A DNA stretch of 63,989 bases, filler included, from Phoronis australis (Eukaryota; Animalia; Phoronida), in the NCBI GenBank assembly GCA_002633005.1. It is 5 parts of 5 records of this genome, joined end to end, with 100 filler letters (N's around TTAATTAATTAA, not from the genome) between each part and the next. Parts side by side here need not be neighbours in the genome. Positions count along the whole stretch, not along the records: positions 10,048 to 25,811 come from NMRA01001522.1; 4 more parts are not named here. One strand, written 5' to 3'. Positions 10,048 to 23,139 of the stretch are shown here, one piece after another; position 1 is the first letter of the stretch, and each line of letters opens with the position of its first letter. The notes beneath the pieces are model-generated. The model made no database searches and was not told the origin of the DNA. It saw only the letters and a program-made list of their open reading frames with translations. Position numbers and translations under genes: made by a program.

Positions 10048-13000
10048 GACGAAAAAAAGATGGTGATGACAAATGTAGAGTGTCTGCAAAATTCAAGGTA
10101 TGTATCCTTGCACTGAGGGGATTATATTCAGTGGTGTATTTCAGTGTTGTGAAGATTGACACTTTGAAAGTTTAAATTAAAATTCTTGTTGAGTCTGACT
10201 TATTGTTAACCATTCAAATAAATTTCATGCTCTATGAAAATTGATTTTTGTGTGTACATTTTTATGGCTTGCCTGCCGCTACAACAATTTCGGATGAAAA
10301 TGTTGCGAGAATCGCCTTTTTGTTTCTAAAGTTGATACAAATAAGAATTTTTTCAAAATATTTTTATGGACGAAGCAATACATTGGGAGTATAAAAACAC
10401 AAATTACATTTTTTGAAAAAATGAGGATTAAAATTTCAGTCGCTTGCCATTATTTGTGTCCTAAGAAAACTTTTGGTTGTTAAAGTGGAATTTTGAATCA
10501 GTTGTTTTAACAAATTACAGATAATTAAAAACAAGAGAAAATTTAAATTGATGTTTTTGCATACTCATGAGTAGACTTTGTTTATAAATTAAAAGAAACA
10601 TTCTATACATTAACTAGTAAGGACACAAATTTTTAAATTGATGTTTTTGTCATAAAAAGATACTAAATTAACTAAATTTGTTTTGTTTTACTCTGAATTT
10701 TGTTTTTCTTGGCTTACTATTGTATTGAAGGATTCTGCTTTTTTGTCATTCCGTTATATCTGAATTTCTGTATTTCAGTTTGATGTGGAAGATCAGCGCC
10801 CTCTGTGGCTGGCTTATCTTATAGGACTTGCACATGTACGTTCCTTTCAGTGTTGATTGTTTACAAATTTGCAAAAAATTAATAAGAATTGCTTAAAAGT
10901 ACTCAATGATTCATATGATTGGATGTCATTTTGCTAGAAATTTGCACACAGGTCAATGTCACGTGACCATCATATGGTTAGCTGGATGAAGACGTGAGCC
11001 TGCAGGTTTTCTAATTAACAAACTTTGGAAGAAGCTATCCACTGTCCCCTTATGTGATGTCCGCCCCAGAATGGACTTTGATAAACAACATGATTTTGGG
11101 AATTTTCAAACTCCGCCGTGACATTTGAACTGGATTCATGATAGCTTAGTAGGACTTAGAGCGTTTCCACGGTTACCAGATTCAAGGCCTGGTGGGGACA
11201 AAGATCTCATCACATTTGACCATAGGTCGCATGTTGTGACCAAACTATGGTGTTTTGGAAGACTAATAGCTCTTATTTAAGTGTCGGGACTTTTTCAGGG
11301 GGCAATTTAGTCATCAGCTCAGAACTAGGTTCTCTTGAATTTAATCTGAGTTAAATGCAAATTGTGGATTACAGAAAGTAACTTTCATGTCAAGAGCCAA
11401 TACATGGTCAGGATTGCTTGCTGTACATTACCAATGTAAATCGTCTAGAGCTTGGTGTAAATAGTCCCCTAGGCTTTACAAATGACGTTTCCACATCACC
11501 GCAAAGCGATTTCACAGCAAGAGGTCAATACACGATAATCAATGTTCAATGAAATGCAAATTCCATTTCAGGGTCAAATACCTCAAGAGCATCAAGATCA
11601 TTTGCTTCCGGGTCAAAAGAAGGACGTGGTGGACGCCATTGACAAAATATGGAACGCTGTTGACAACGATTCTGGAATCTTCGACACACTCTCCACCACA
11701 GGCTCCATTGCGCCACCCCTGCCCCCTCGTAGAACTTCTGATTCTGCCTCTGGAGGGAGTGGTGGTTCCTCTCGGCACTCTTCATCCAATAGCTCTCTCA
11801 GCCAGCTGGCCTCCCCAACACAGCCTCAGCACAAGTTCTATTCAGAGTCATATAGAAATCAAACGACACCAAGGTGTGTGCTCTAGTGTCTTAAAATAAA
11901 ACAAATGGCAGCTACTGTAAAGGCAATCAAAAAAAGTTTTTTTTCTTCTGATTGCAATTGAAATTTTTTCGTTTGCATGTATTTGGTCACGCTTAACTAG
12001 TGAGAAACGTCAGGCCTTCATGTGCGACCTTTTCTTTCCTTTTTGTAGGTATTTTTGCTTGTCGTACTTTTTGTCAAGATTTGCTGACAAAGGGTATTTT
12101 CCATTTGATGAGTATAGCTTGTACATTCGGTTCTAGTTTTATATTTGCATTACGATTTCTCTCCTGATAATAATGTTGGGGCATAATGCAGTAAAAATTG
12201 GGAAAGCAAAGAAATTGATTGCGTTTCTCAAGGTAGGACTTTGTACCAGGAGTTTTTAGAAGTGGGCAATAGTGGCCTTTCCATTCAAATTTAAGAATCA
12301 CCAGAAATACCGCAAAATTAACTGGCAAATGCATTTTGCAGACTCCACTGTTACAAAACCATACGTCTGAAATTTACATAATATGGTGAATGCCAAAATC
12401 GCCCCTGTCCCAAATTTTCAGAATCACGAAAATTCAATGTCTGCTGGAATATCGGTTGTCCCAAATTTTAGAGACTGTCCAATACTAATTCTTTATCCGT
12501 ACTGTTTGTGCGCATTACGCTTTCACAAATTCAACTTGAAAATGTGCATTGCTTGTGCTAAGCTTTACCTACTTTTTCCTAACTTGTTCTTACTTTTTTC
12601 TACTCGTTTGTGTTAAACTGTTGGGAGGCCTTGAAATCAATCACTGGTAATGACTCCATCTTTGCAGCTGGTTCTTTAACTGTTCACGTGACGATGCTGA
12701 GAACGCCCTAAGAAATGGGAAGACGTACGGTTCATCCCTTGTCCGTCCAGCTACTAGAAGTCAGGACTCTTCTATTGCCTATATTGTGTCTTTTTGTGAC
12801 AATGACGGGTAAGACAGCCTCTGTAATGTAGTGGTTGTAGTCTGAATTGTCAAAATGCAAAATTCAGCACCATAGATTTGTCAAATGGTTGCCATGTGTA
12901 GTGTGTTACAGCAATACCTATATTATGTAATGTGCCATGAAATGACACCATATTTTAATTTAAATTACAGAGATTTCGAATTTTGAGAAATTAATGTGGT

Positions 13001-16000
13001 TCTTGAGAAGACTAAGACTGAAAATATTACAGTGGCCTAAGGTCACTATGAGTGACTGAGGAAACTGATGCATAATGTCAGCCCTCAATTACTTCACGTA
13101 TTTGTTTGTTTTTATTGTAGGGTTCACCATCTGAAGGTTGCAATGCATTCTGGGCTCTTTTTGTTACCAGATATTAAGACGTCGATGGTAAGGATTACAA
13201 CCATAATTCCACATTTTGAAAACCAGTTTTCTCCTCTGAAGAACTGGCATCAATCTTGTTCTCAAAATGGATGACCCAGCCCTGTAAATGACTATTGATT
13301 CAGTACATATAACCAATTCGGGTCTTCCTATTTCACTTCAGAGGTGACTGGAACCTTTCATTAAGACTTGAGGCGAGATCTTTACTTTTCGATTTGAGTT
13401 TCGTGTTATTGGTTTTGAAAGAAATTCAATCATTTTAGGCAGCGTGATCAAATCATACTTTTTAAACTTAATATTGAGATATTGCATTCAATTTACGAAC
13501 ATGACTTTGAATTTTTTGAACGAATAAAGCTGTCAGCATAAACCTGTGTTCCAGAGGCATTGAGAAAGCGAATTTAAGAACTAAATTGTTTACTGTAAAG
13601 TTATAAAATTGGTTTACTATGGCTTGCTCCTTGTAGAAGTGAGAATTCTAGTGATGTCTGAGTTTGGAGGGAACTTACTGTTGTTTATTCCTTGAGGTCA
13701 TCCTTGGCTACGCACATAAAATGGCACATCGTGTGAGACGTCAACTTTTGGATCGGTTGTTGTTAAGGCCTCGCAAACTCTTTTAAACTGAACAAAACAA
13801 TTTAAATTACTTCTCATATGAGTGATACTATTTTGTAACCATTTCTTCATCTTGTTGCTATGAAATTGGATTTTCATGTAGATAAGTATGGTTATGGAAG
13901 TTTAGTTATTTCAATTTAAGAGTCAGAGTGTATGTGTGAATGTTATTGTTGCTTTCCCATTAGAGGTGAAACATGATTTTACTAATTGAAGAGTTTCGTA
14001 GGAAAGGTTAGCTCATGTAGTTGATCTGCAAGTAAAATTTCATTTAAAACAGTAACATTTAAAAGTAAAGCTTCAGTACTCACTCCAATTGTGCTGTCGT
14101 GGAAACAGTAAAGCAAAGAATTCGACGAAGTTATCAGTATAGGTTGCGGCAATGATATACGATCACGCAAGACTCGCAAAATGTGTTCTTTGTTTTTGTA
14201 CTGTAGCTGACTTGCTTTTAATAGATGCTTTTAAAAGAAAAAATATCTGATGAAGAATGACGTTCACAATTTTCATGAACACTCGTAAGGGGCTGGAGAA
14301 CAATTTCCAGTTAGCCTCAAACCCACTACTCAATATTCGTTGGGCAATATGAATGAACTGCGTTGTCTGGTGTCATAGCGATAACTTCGATATCGCAATC
14401 TAATTGGAAAGGTAAATAAAATTTTGGCAAAGCCTCAGTGAACCGGAGTTCCCTAATGGTGAAGCAACTTATAATTAATAATCTCGTGTTAATTGTCCGT
14501 CCAATAATTATGAGTTATTTTCAAAATTCGTATTTGTTCTATATGATGCATTGTTATTTACAGTTCTGTTTGCTTGTGCCATTGAACCCCAGCCATATTC
14601 ACTAAAATACTGAAAATGATTTCCGGGTAAATAAATCTACTGAAAAATGGAAAGAAATTAAACAAATAGTCTGTTCTTTCAAAAGCCCAAAATCCTCCAA
14701 TTAGACGGAAAACGTAGAGACCAGTTACATGTTTTGATGTGGAAGGCAGGTTTATTGTCACTTAAGTATTAGAGATAGATGTCAGTATTTAAAGTATTGT
14801 CTTGGGTTAATTATTTCCTTATTTCAGCACACATTATCTAGATGTTAAATGATAATGACCATCTCATTAGCATATGATTATGTTGAAAAGTACATGTAGC
14901 GTGTCAAGTTCAGAAGATGTTATTGTCAATCATTTTCAGGACAAAACCTTTAGTAGTCTTTATGACATCATCAGTTACATACAAGATATCAACCCTGCTT
15001 TTGTTCCCATGAAAACCAATGACCTCAACATCCTAGGGGTCAGAAAAGACTCGGACTACGATATATTCATCCCTGTCAAACCACCAGGTAAATTACTTGC
15101 TACTTCTGACACAGAGCTTCTAATCTGATAGTTTCCGCCTTATTCCTAAGGCTTCACATTTTGAACTGCTCTTTCTCCCGTTATCTAACATCATCAGAAG
15201 TAGGCCATGCACACTGCCTTATGACTTTTAGTCCTTAAACTTAAGTAAGGCCCTGGTAACTAGTCAAAGTTTTTGAACATCATATCTCAAAAATGGCCGA
15301 TCAAGAGTCATATGAAACTTTCAGACGTGATAACTATTGTGTTCTCCAAAACGCTGTTAGGGATTATTTGATTTTGAAACTTTACACTTTTGCATGAGGG
15401 CTATCAAAATACTCAAAGATGAGAACAAAAAGATAACAACATTTTTTGAAATTACATCTTGAACATTTATATTAAACAAAATTTGGTCAAAACATGTTAT
15501 TGATACTGTTGTTCTGTCATTGATATACTTTTTTTTCTAAATTTTACTCAAAATTCATGTTCACATGACCCAGTTAATGTCAGATTGTTTTACAGTCAAA
15601 AATTAAAGTCTGAAAAAATACAGAGTTGAAACCTATAGTCTTGAGGTTATTTGGCTAAGTTCACATGGTGATCGATAACCTAAACCCTTTCTTTCTTTAT
15701 CATATTTTGCTTATACTGTCTCAAAGAACGTCCACAAGAAACCCGCCCTTCCAGCTTTTGGCCACTTCAGTTTCAATTCTTGCAGTGATTCCCCTCTTAT
15801 TTCACGCAAAATAATCGCCGAATGCATAATGGTCTTTTTTCCATTTTTAAGGGATTTACTCTACTGCAAGTAATTTAAACCCTGCCAAAAACTGTTTTTG
15901 ACATTTTCACAGTACACAGCATGCTAATAATTGAATAAAATATTCTTTATTTTCGGGGAAAAACTCTACGAAATGGAATTTCATTTGTCGGCCATTATTA

Positions 16001-19000
16001 TGTGAGAAAAATTACCCATAATTCACTATAATGCTACTTCCTGTCATTGCACAAAGATTACCTTACTTCACAATTAAAAATAATTCAGACTTAAAATCAT
16101 ACCATGGCTTGAAAATGGGCATTAACTAATTTCAGTTGTCGGTGTTAAGACTAACCTGCCCCAGACTATGATGGTGATCAGTATGACGAGGCAAGTGAGC
16201 ATATTGTCCTGGTCGGTTAGAAAATGGACACATCTACTTGTTATAAATCATATAAATGGTGTCGTAAGGAAGAACAGATGATTTAATTTTTAATATATTT
16301 CATTTTGCAATAATTCCTGAGCATTACTGCCACCACTAGCAACTCCACAACCCCCAACACAACCATCACCACCACCACCACCATTACCGCCACAATCATC
16401 AGCTCCACTTTCTCTACTGAATTAAACGTTCTCCAGTATATCAACAGACCACCACCCAAAACATTTGCCATCAATACCAATTGAAGTAGGTCACTATCAA
16501 ATATTTTGAAAAGGATTTTTCTCCAGAGGCTGTGAGTATTTCATGCTAATAGGAACAAATTTCAAACCAATGTCGCAGCTAAAATGACAGCATAGTACCA
16601 AGGAGTGTATGTAGTCCACTCCGCCATTCTGCCTGGTTCACCACGAAGGTTATTGGTTAAAAAAATAGCGCCCCAAGTGGCGAATATTAGCAACACTAAT
16701 TTTGCGCCGCAATCGGAACCACTGATAAATTCATAATTTAATGACGTTCGATGTGCAATAAAATTACTGAGTTATTGAAAATGGGTAAAATATGTAAACT
16801 AACATCCACTTATAATCGAATGAGAATGAAAATGTGTTTATCGATATTGTATTTGCTTTCATTCTATTGAAGATCCTCCAAAACCCATCATGGTTTTGTT
16901 TCATGATTGAGTTCTTAATAAGGCAAATATAACATTTCATACCTCCGTGGACTACATAATTTTAGTGCTTGCTCCTGGAGGTTCTTCAGGCCAGTGGAAG
17001 TTGCCCCCAGGTGCCAGCAAAAGGGTACAAGGGAGTGCATTAAACCAGGTGGGCGCCAAATGGGTGTTGACCTCCTCCCAGGGGAGGTACGTGGGAGGAC
17101 TGCTAAACAGGTACATGAGCGTTGAGCTCCTCCCATAGTAACAAATTTTGGTGGCCCTCCTGACCATTGGCAACGTGCTGAGGTGGTGATAATATTTGGC
17201 CCTCGTTTTTTGTATAACCCCAAGGACTTTAGCTTGTGATGACCGGTGGCCATCATTCCCCAGTACCATCCTGGGTGTTTTCCAACTTTTCATTACAAAC
17301 TGCTCCCAGCTCACTGCTCGTTACATGTCCACCGAACAATTTGAATGTTTTCCCCGCCATTGAATACACCTGCTACCACTTGCAGACAATTGGTTTGTGC
17401 AGTAGGTGTATCATTGACAGTCAGCTAAGAAGACGAAAGAAAGACAATTCATCACTACCACAACACTACATTCCATTCCATTCTGATGCTCCCTCACATA
17501 CAATTTTCGTAGACGTACGTTGACAACAAAGTATCTGCAGACGGCAGAGCGTAGCATGTGCAGTAGTCTACACTGACGACAGCGGCACCGGGACCGCGAT
17601 CACCTTGTCTTCTAAAGATGAACAGAGCACATAAAATGAAAGACATTGTGTCACATTATTGAGTAACGAATAATCCTTACCTTTCTGGATCCTTAAGAAG
17701 CATAAAAATGACATGTCATGAGTTTCAGTGGATGAATTAGTGCTATTTATTCGCACTGCAAAATGCACGCTTCCCCATTGTTCTTGCGCTTCCCACTTGA
17801 CCGTTGCTTATTCACCACTTAGCGGCGATAACAGCGTGTCTGCTAAGGTTCAGGCTGCCTAGCAATTGTTGGTAGATTCTGTTAATCTCCAACCATCCCT
17901 GTTGAGTCTTTATTTGGTGATGATGTATCTGTGTCATTAGCATGTACTGCAGCTTAGTGTTCATGACGTTATTTGTTGTCATAATAATGTATTCAAATAC
18001 ACCAGTATTAACTCACGAAATTAGCAAGTACACCGAGTAATTTTACGTTGCATCTATATGGGCTTAATCCATGTTTTGAGCTGTTCTCATGTTTAACTGT
18101 GATTGTGCTCAGAGGCCCTGAAAGCAAGGGATGACTGCTACAGAGTGATTGAGGATAGCGATCTTGACGATGGTGAGCAGCTGTATTGTTTGCTGCCAGA
18201 CGATGACGGGCAAGAAATGACGGTGCCCGCAGCTCATCCTGGTGAGTAAAAGGGTGATAACTTCTGTCAGTGTGTTAGGTTGGTATGGAGCACGTGCAGG
18301 TTGGTAATCCCAGGTTACCAACACGTGCTAGGATTTACGATAAAGTATTCACCTGTTTTGGCCAAAACTGTGAACTGTCATTGAAATTTAGTAATCGCTC
18401 AAACTCTCGCTATATTTGTTGGTCTTCATGATACAATAATACATACTAACAATGATCCATAAAAAGATGACTACATTTCGACCACTGTATACTGCCACTT
18501 TCAAACGTTGCATGCGTTCCTGGAATCAATAAATTGGATGCACTAACAGGCTCTGTGTACAAAAAAGCAGCCACCAACTACTAATTATTTCTCGTCTGAA
18601 AATGCAATATATAGTTATGTGCAATTAAACTAATGGATTAAACATTCCTCCAATAGCCTAGCTGTGCTGGAACCAACAATGTTCCTTTGTTGTTGATTTA
18701 GCTACCCATATTCCAAGAGCGAGGGAACGTTCAATGTCTGTTCCATCTGTACTACCATCAGGATGTAAGAATTTGTTGATTTTTGGATTGGTTTTGCATG
18801 TTGTTAAAAGCTGGTGTCTAACAAGCACCATCTTTTGTCGCAAGAGACCAATTTTTGATTCGGACCACTGACACTGTAATGAAACTTGTATCAAAGGTGG
18901 CAAATTAAGATGCACAGGTAGTTAGACAATAGGATTGAGAAAATTATCATTAGTAGCGTCCATGAAAAAATCACTTTTTCTCAAGTTTGGTTCTCAAACG

Positions 19001-22000
19001 TAATGGATCACCCTTTTGTTTAGGTTATTGCTGTAATTCTGTTTGCCCCGCCTTCCTTTGTAAGGATTTTTGATGAATGCCATTCTTGTGAAAGTGCGAC
19101 ATGGTACAAGGAAGTCTATGCCTTGTTGTCAAAAATATTTTCTGGCACATTGTTAAANNNNNNNNNNNNNNNNNNNNNNNNNNNNNNNNNNNNNNNNNNN
19201 NNNNNNNNNNNNNNNNNNNNNNNNNNNNNNNNNNNNNNNNNNNNNNNNNNNNNNNNNNNNNNNNNNNNNNNNNNNNNNNNNNNNNNNNNNNNNNNNNNNN
19301 NNNNNNNNNNNNNNNNNNNNNNNNNNNNNNNNNNNNNNNNNNNNNNNNNNNNNNNNNNNNNNNNNNNNNNNNNNNNNNNNNNNNNNNNNNNCCCCCCCCC
19401 CCCCCCCTAGTCTATTCAAGCAAGGAGGAAAGTTCAGTTATTGTGGTCTTAGTCAAATTTTGGCAGGTTTGGTGGTGGTTTAACTTTATACTTATCCAAG
19501 CTTTGTGGGGTTGTGTGGGAAGTAACAGCTTGGTTTAAGTCAGTGTCAGGCATGGTAATGTTTTTGTGAACCTGAGCTGAGCAGACTGTTAATGTTAACT
19601 TTTACGTGATTGGTTGCGTGTTTACCTCACTTGGATCAATTGTGGTGTTTGCACATTTTTGTTGCTTACAGTAAGATTATGTAGGACTTCATCAACTTGT
19701 GGGCGTAATTTACCAAATATCTACAAAACTGTTGAATTTAACTGACGTAAAAGTATATTTTTTGAAAGTACAAAGACTGTACAATTTTATTTTTGAATTT
19801 ATACCAGTCTGCTATTGATTTGGATCACCATGTCTTTAGTAAAATGTAACAATAAACAAGGGTACAACCGTACCAAAAACGACGCTATCAATAACGTGCA
19901 AAGTTTTGTTGGATGATATCTCAGTTTTCTAAATTATTTCATTTTTATTTTATGCAACTTTCAATTGAAATTTCTTCATAAAATTCATAAAAGTACTATT
20001 TCTGTTACCGCCCCGAACCAAAGTTGACTCCTGTGACTACTTGCTGGCCAATTGTCTTCCGCAGCTTAAAGAATTATTTGAGCTTAGCCTTGAAGTCATT
20101 GGTAGAACATGGTAATTAACTCTCCTAGTTTTCCTCACAAAACTGGAACTTAGGTCAGAATTCTTGACTTGAAAGATTGATGGTGCTTGCGTCTCTTGTA
20201 CAAATTTATTGATGATTGAGGTACAATTAAGGTGATGCAAAACCAGGACTAGTTTCTATTTGTTAGAAGCAACTGCCATGCTCTTTAAGAGTTTTGATGC
20301 CTTTCTACGGCAGACGACACTAGGTGTCGCTAGAGTGCATGATTTCTTGTAGTCTGTCAAATAGATTCACTCTTGTTGTCTTCTTTGCAGAAAACGGTGA
20401 GGACGTTTATGACGAAGGAGTTTCAGGTGCGACCTCTGGTGGAGGCATGTCTGAGCTGCAGAGGACACTTAGGGCGAGACGTAATGTTATTCACGATGTG
20501 GAAGATTACGAATCACGTGAGTAACAGGACTCTATCTCATTGGTTAGAAATATTGGCTCGGGGGCAAATTGTTATGATTTTTTTTCTAGAAAGCACCATA
20601 GATTTTGGTCCCTATTCCATGTTGTTTTATTTGTTAATGGTAAAAATTCATAACCAAAAACTGTTTGAAAGAAAACCTACTTTCAAACTGCAAACAAGGT
20701 ACATACTTTAGATCGATATTTGGAAGGGCCATTGATTCGAGGACCAATAGTTTGACTATCTCCTTAACCCTTTAAAGGATCTTTGTGAGATTTGATGGAT
20801 GTGCTCATATGGAGATGGCAGCCGATGACAATGAGTTTCAGACTAATCGGATTACAGCTGTGTCCCTTGGTGTAAATTCTTTCTCCTATATCTTAGGAGT
20901 TTCTTGGCTTATTTTCATAAGATTTCGCAGATATTTTTGTGTTAAAGATTGACAACGCTACCTTCTTAATTTGGACGAGTTTGATGCCTTCTGCACCATC
21001 TATTGGCCATTTTTATCATGATGGGACCAAAAACACCCACAGAAGCACACCTTTTGCTGTGCTGTCTTGCCAGTGGACGCATGTAATGATCCTCGACATT
21101 GCTTTTGGTTAGTTTATCAGTTAATTTTCATCCGTGCAGAAGGCCAATATGCTGAAGGGTCATTATATTGAAAGGCAATTGGTTTGGAAGGGTTGTCCGA
21201 ATATGGAAAAAGTATACCAAAAGTGGTAAAAATTTCAAATGAAATTAAATGCATAACAATTTGTAATATTTTTACTGTGCTGTAGGAAAATATGCATTGG
21301 GTCTGAATAAATGGCGATTGTTTCTTAAATGGGGTTACTGAGATTTTATTGGAAATGTCGAACTAGCAGTTAAGCTAATTCCTTATCTCTGTGATTGTTT
21401 AGCCAAGTAGTTAGAAACACAGCGTATAGTGACGATGTGAATATGAAGTAGGTTGAAATTGCCAAATGTTTTGAGAATGTTTTTTGTGGCGAAAATGATT
21501 TACCGCAAACCACTGAACTGTCTCCAGTTAGTACATTGTATCTTGATGTGGTGGAGAATAACACTGCCTTGTGAGTTTGTGAGCCCGTAAGGTACGTCAC
21601 TAGTGCGAAGGTCGCCTAGTTTCAGAATTTTTTGGTTTCACAATTACAAGTTGTCAATGAAAGCAATAATTACTGCACTTTGTTTAGCATAGATGATGTT
21701 CAAATAGCATGGTTGTTGAGTTCCTGTTATACATTAGCTTAGTTAGGAGCATGCAAATACATCAGATTTCTTTAAACACCCATTGGTTACCTGAGACGGG
21801 AAGTAGCAAGCTTCAACCTGCCACCAAAGTGTCGAGAAATTCACAAATTAGAATGATGACGTCAATAAGTGCAGAGCCTTAGAGTCATCATTTTTCAGAC
21901 TGTCATCCTTTGGACCACTTGCCGGAATTTCATTTCGGATTGTCCGCCCTTCAGACCATAATGGCCCTTTGCACTGCCAAGTGAACCTCCACGAATTACG

Positions 22001-22633
22001 CAATGTCTGGCCGGTTGTATACTGTATCATTTGTAAAACATGTCAATCTAGAATTACAGTCAATATGAGGGCTTGTTACCTAAAGTCACAAGGGTCTTTA
22101 AAGCCTCATTCTGATTTTTCAGTGTTGAGAACTTGTTCGTAGTCGTTGTTTTTGAAACATGTACTATTGTCCGTGACTTCTCTGTTTTAGCTGACAGCTT
22201 TCCCCAGCCTCCTTCGACAAGGGGGCGTTTCAGTAGCGAAGGAGCAGTACCTGTTGGTGTTATTCCTAGCCAAGGCCGTCGGTTTTCTGGTGCTGCCATC
22301 AATTCACAACAAAACCTTGGTAATAAGTTGCTATTATAACCATCTTCAGTTCTGAATGTAACTTTGATACCTAGGCAGATCCAGGGGGTCAAGGGGTCCG
22401 GACCCCTCTTATTTTTATTTTAATGATGTCCGGACCCCTCTTATTTTTATTTTAATGATGTCAGACTTAGAATTTTCAGATTGTTGACTTTGACCTCCTT
22501 TGATCTGCCCCCTTCCCCACCCTTTAAAAAATCCTGGTTCCACCTCTGTCGTAGTAATAAATGTAATGATAATAATCATCACTTTACCACCACTACAGAA
22601 GCTCAAAAGCAGGCCAATGTCAGTGAGTTCTAA
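10048..22633 (+). CDS. STAP1/STAP2-like PH-SH2 signalling adaptor, 5'-incomplete and multi-exon
   Basis: Phase-compatible exons: 10048-10097, 10779-10835 (FDVEDQRPLWLAYLIGLAH, PH C-terminal helix), 11572-11873 (GQIP..HLLPGQ..PPLPPR), 12668-12808 (WFFNCSRDDAENALRNGKTYGSSLVRPA, SH2), 13121-13187 (VHHLKV), 14940-15087 (KTFSSLYDIISY). Likely tail exons: 18113-18241, 18702-18764, 20391-20516, 22191-22319, 22599-22633. Tail connectivity is incomplete because of the gap at 19158-19391. Confidence 0.75.
12668..15087 (+). CDS. SH2 domain split over three exons (12668-12808, 13121-13187, 14940-15087)
   Basis: Spliced: SWFFNCSRDDAENALRNGKTYGSSLVRPATRSQDSSIAYIVSFCDNDGVHHLKVAMHSGLFLLPDIKTSMDKTFSSLYDIISYIQ. 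The betaB arginine is retained in SLVRP. Confidence 0.85.
16600..17830 (-). mobile_element. Unclassified interspersed repeat, copy 1 (intronic)
   Basis: Collinear inverted similarity to about 35365-36212, including near-identical translated stretches (MSWEQ..WKTPRMVL..DG..AKV.GV..KTRA) and a shared AGGAGTGTA end. Confidence 0.7.
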
Positions 22634-22840
22634 AAGCTATGCTATCACTCAGTCACCATTGTGGAATATGTACAGCATTTCATTGCCTTGCAGAAATTGA
22701 ACTCTGTGAACTGGCTTTGTTGTTTTGACACTTCATTCAGCATCTCACCACGCTTTTCACTAATGTATTTATTTTAGGTAAAATAAAATTAAGTAATGTT
22801 GGTGTTTATTTATTATACTAACAACAGTACAATAGTGTTT

Positions 22841-23051
22841 ATTACTTGGCGCAATAAATTTCGCCAAGTATGTTGGTCTTCCATCAAGTTTTTTGTTGGT
22901 CTGACAGCAAGTTTTTTTACTTGGCGAAATGAATTTCGCCAAGTATATTGCTCTGACACTAAGTTTTTTTTTGTTTTTTTTTTTTGTTTGTTCGCACGAT
23001 ACAGGTCGCAATTTTCGTCCGATCATCACGAAATTTACACATAACACGTAC
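22841..23051 (+). mobile_element. Helentron/DINE-1-like (HINE) fragment present only in duplicate copy 1
   Basis: Two TACTTGGCG...CGCCAAGTA hairpins, then a T/GTTT simple repeat and ccgatcatcacgaaattt. It is inserted at a T-rich site that is empty in copy 2. Confidence 0.5.
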
Positions 23052-23139
23052 NCGGCAGACGACACTAGGTGTCGCTAGAGTGAGTGCATGATTTTTTGTA
23101 GTCTGTCAAATAGATTCACTCTTGTTGTCTTCTTTGCAG

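Noticed and set aside
19101-19538. ORFs spanning the N gap
   Set aside because: They are open only because N codons contain no stops.
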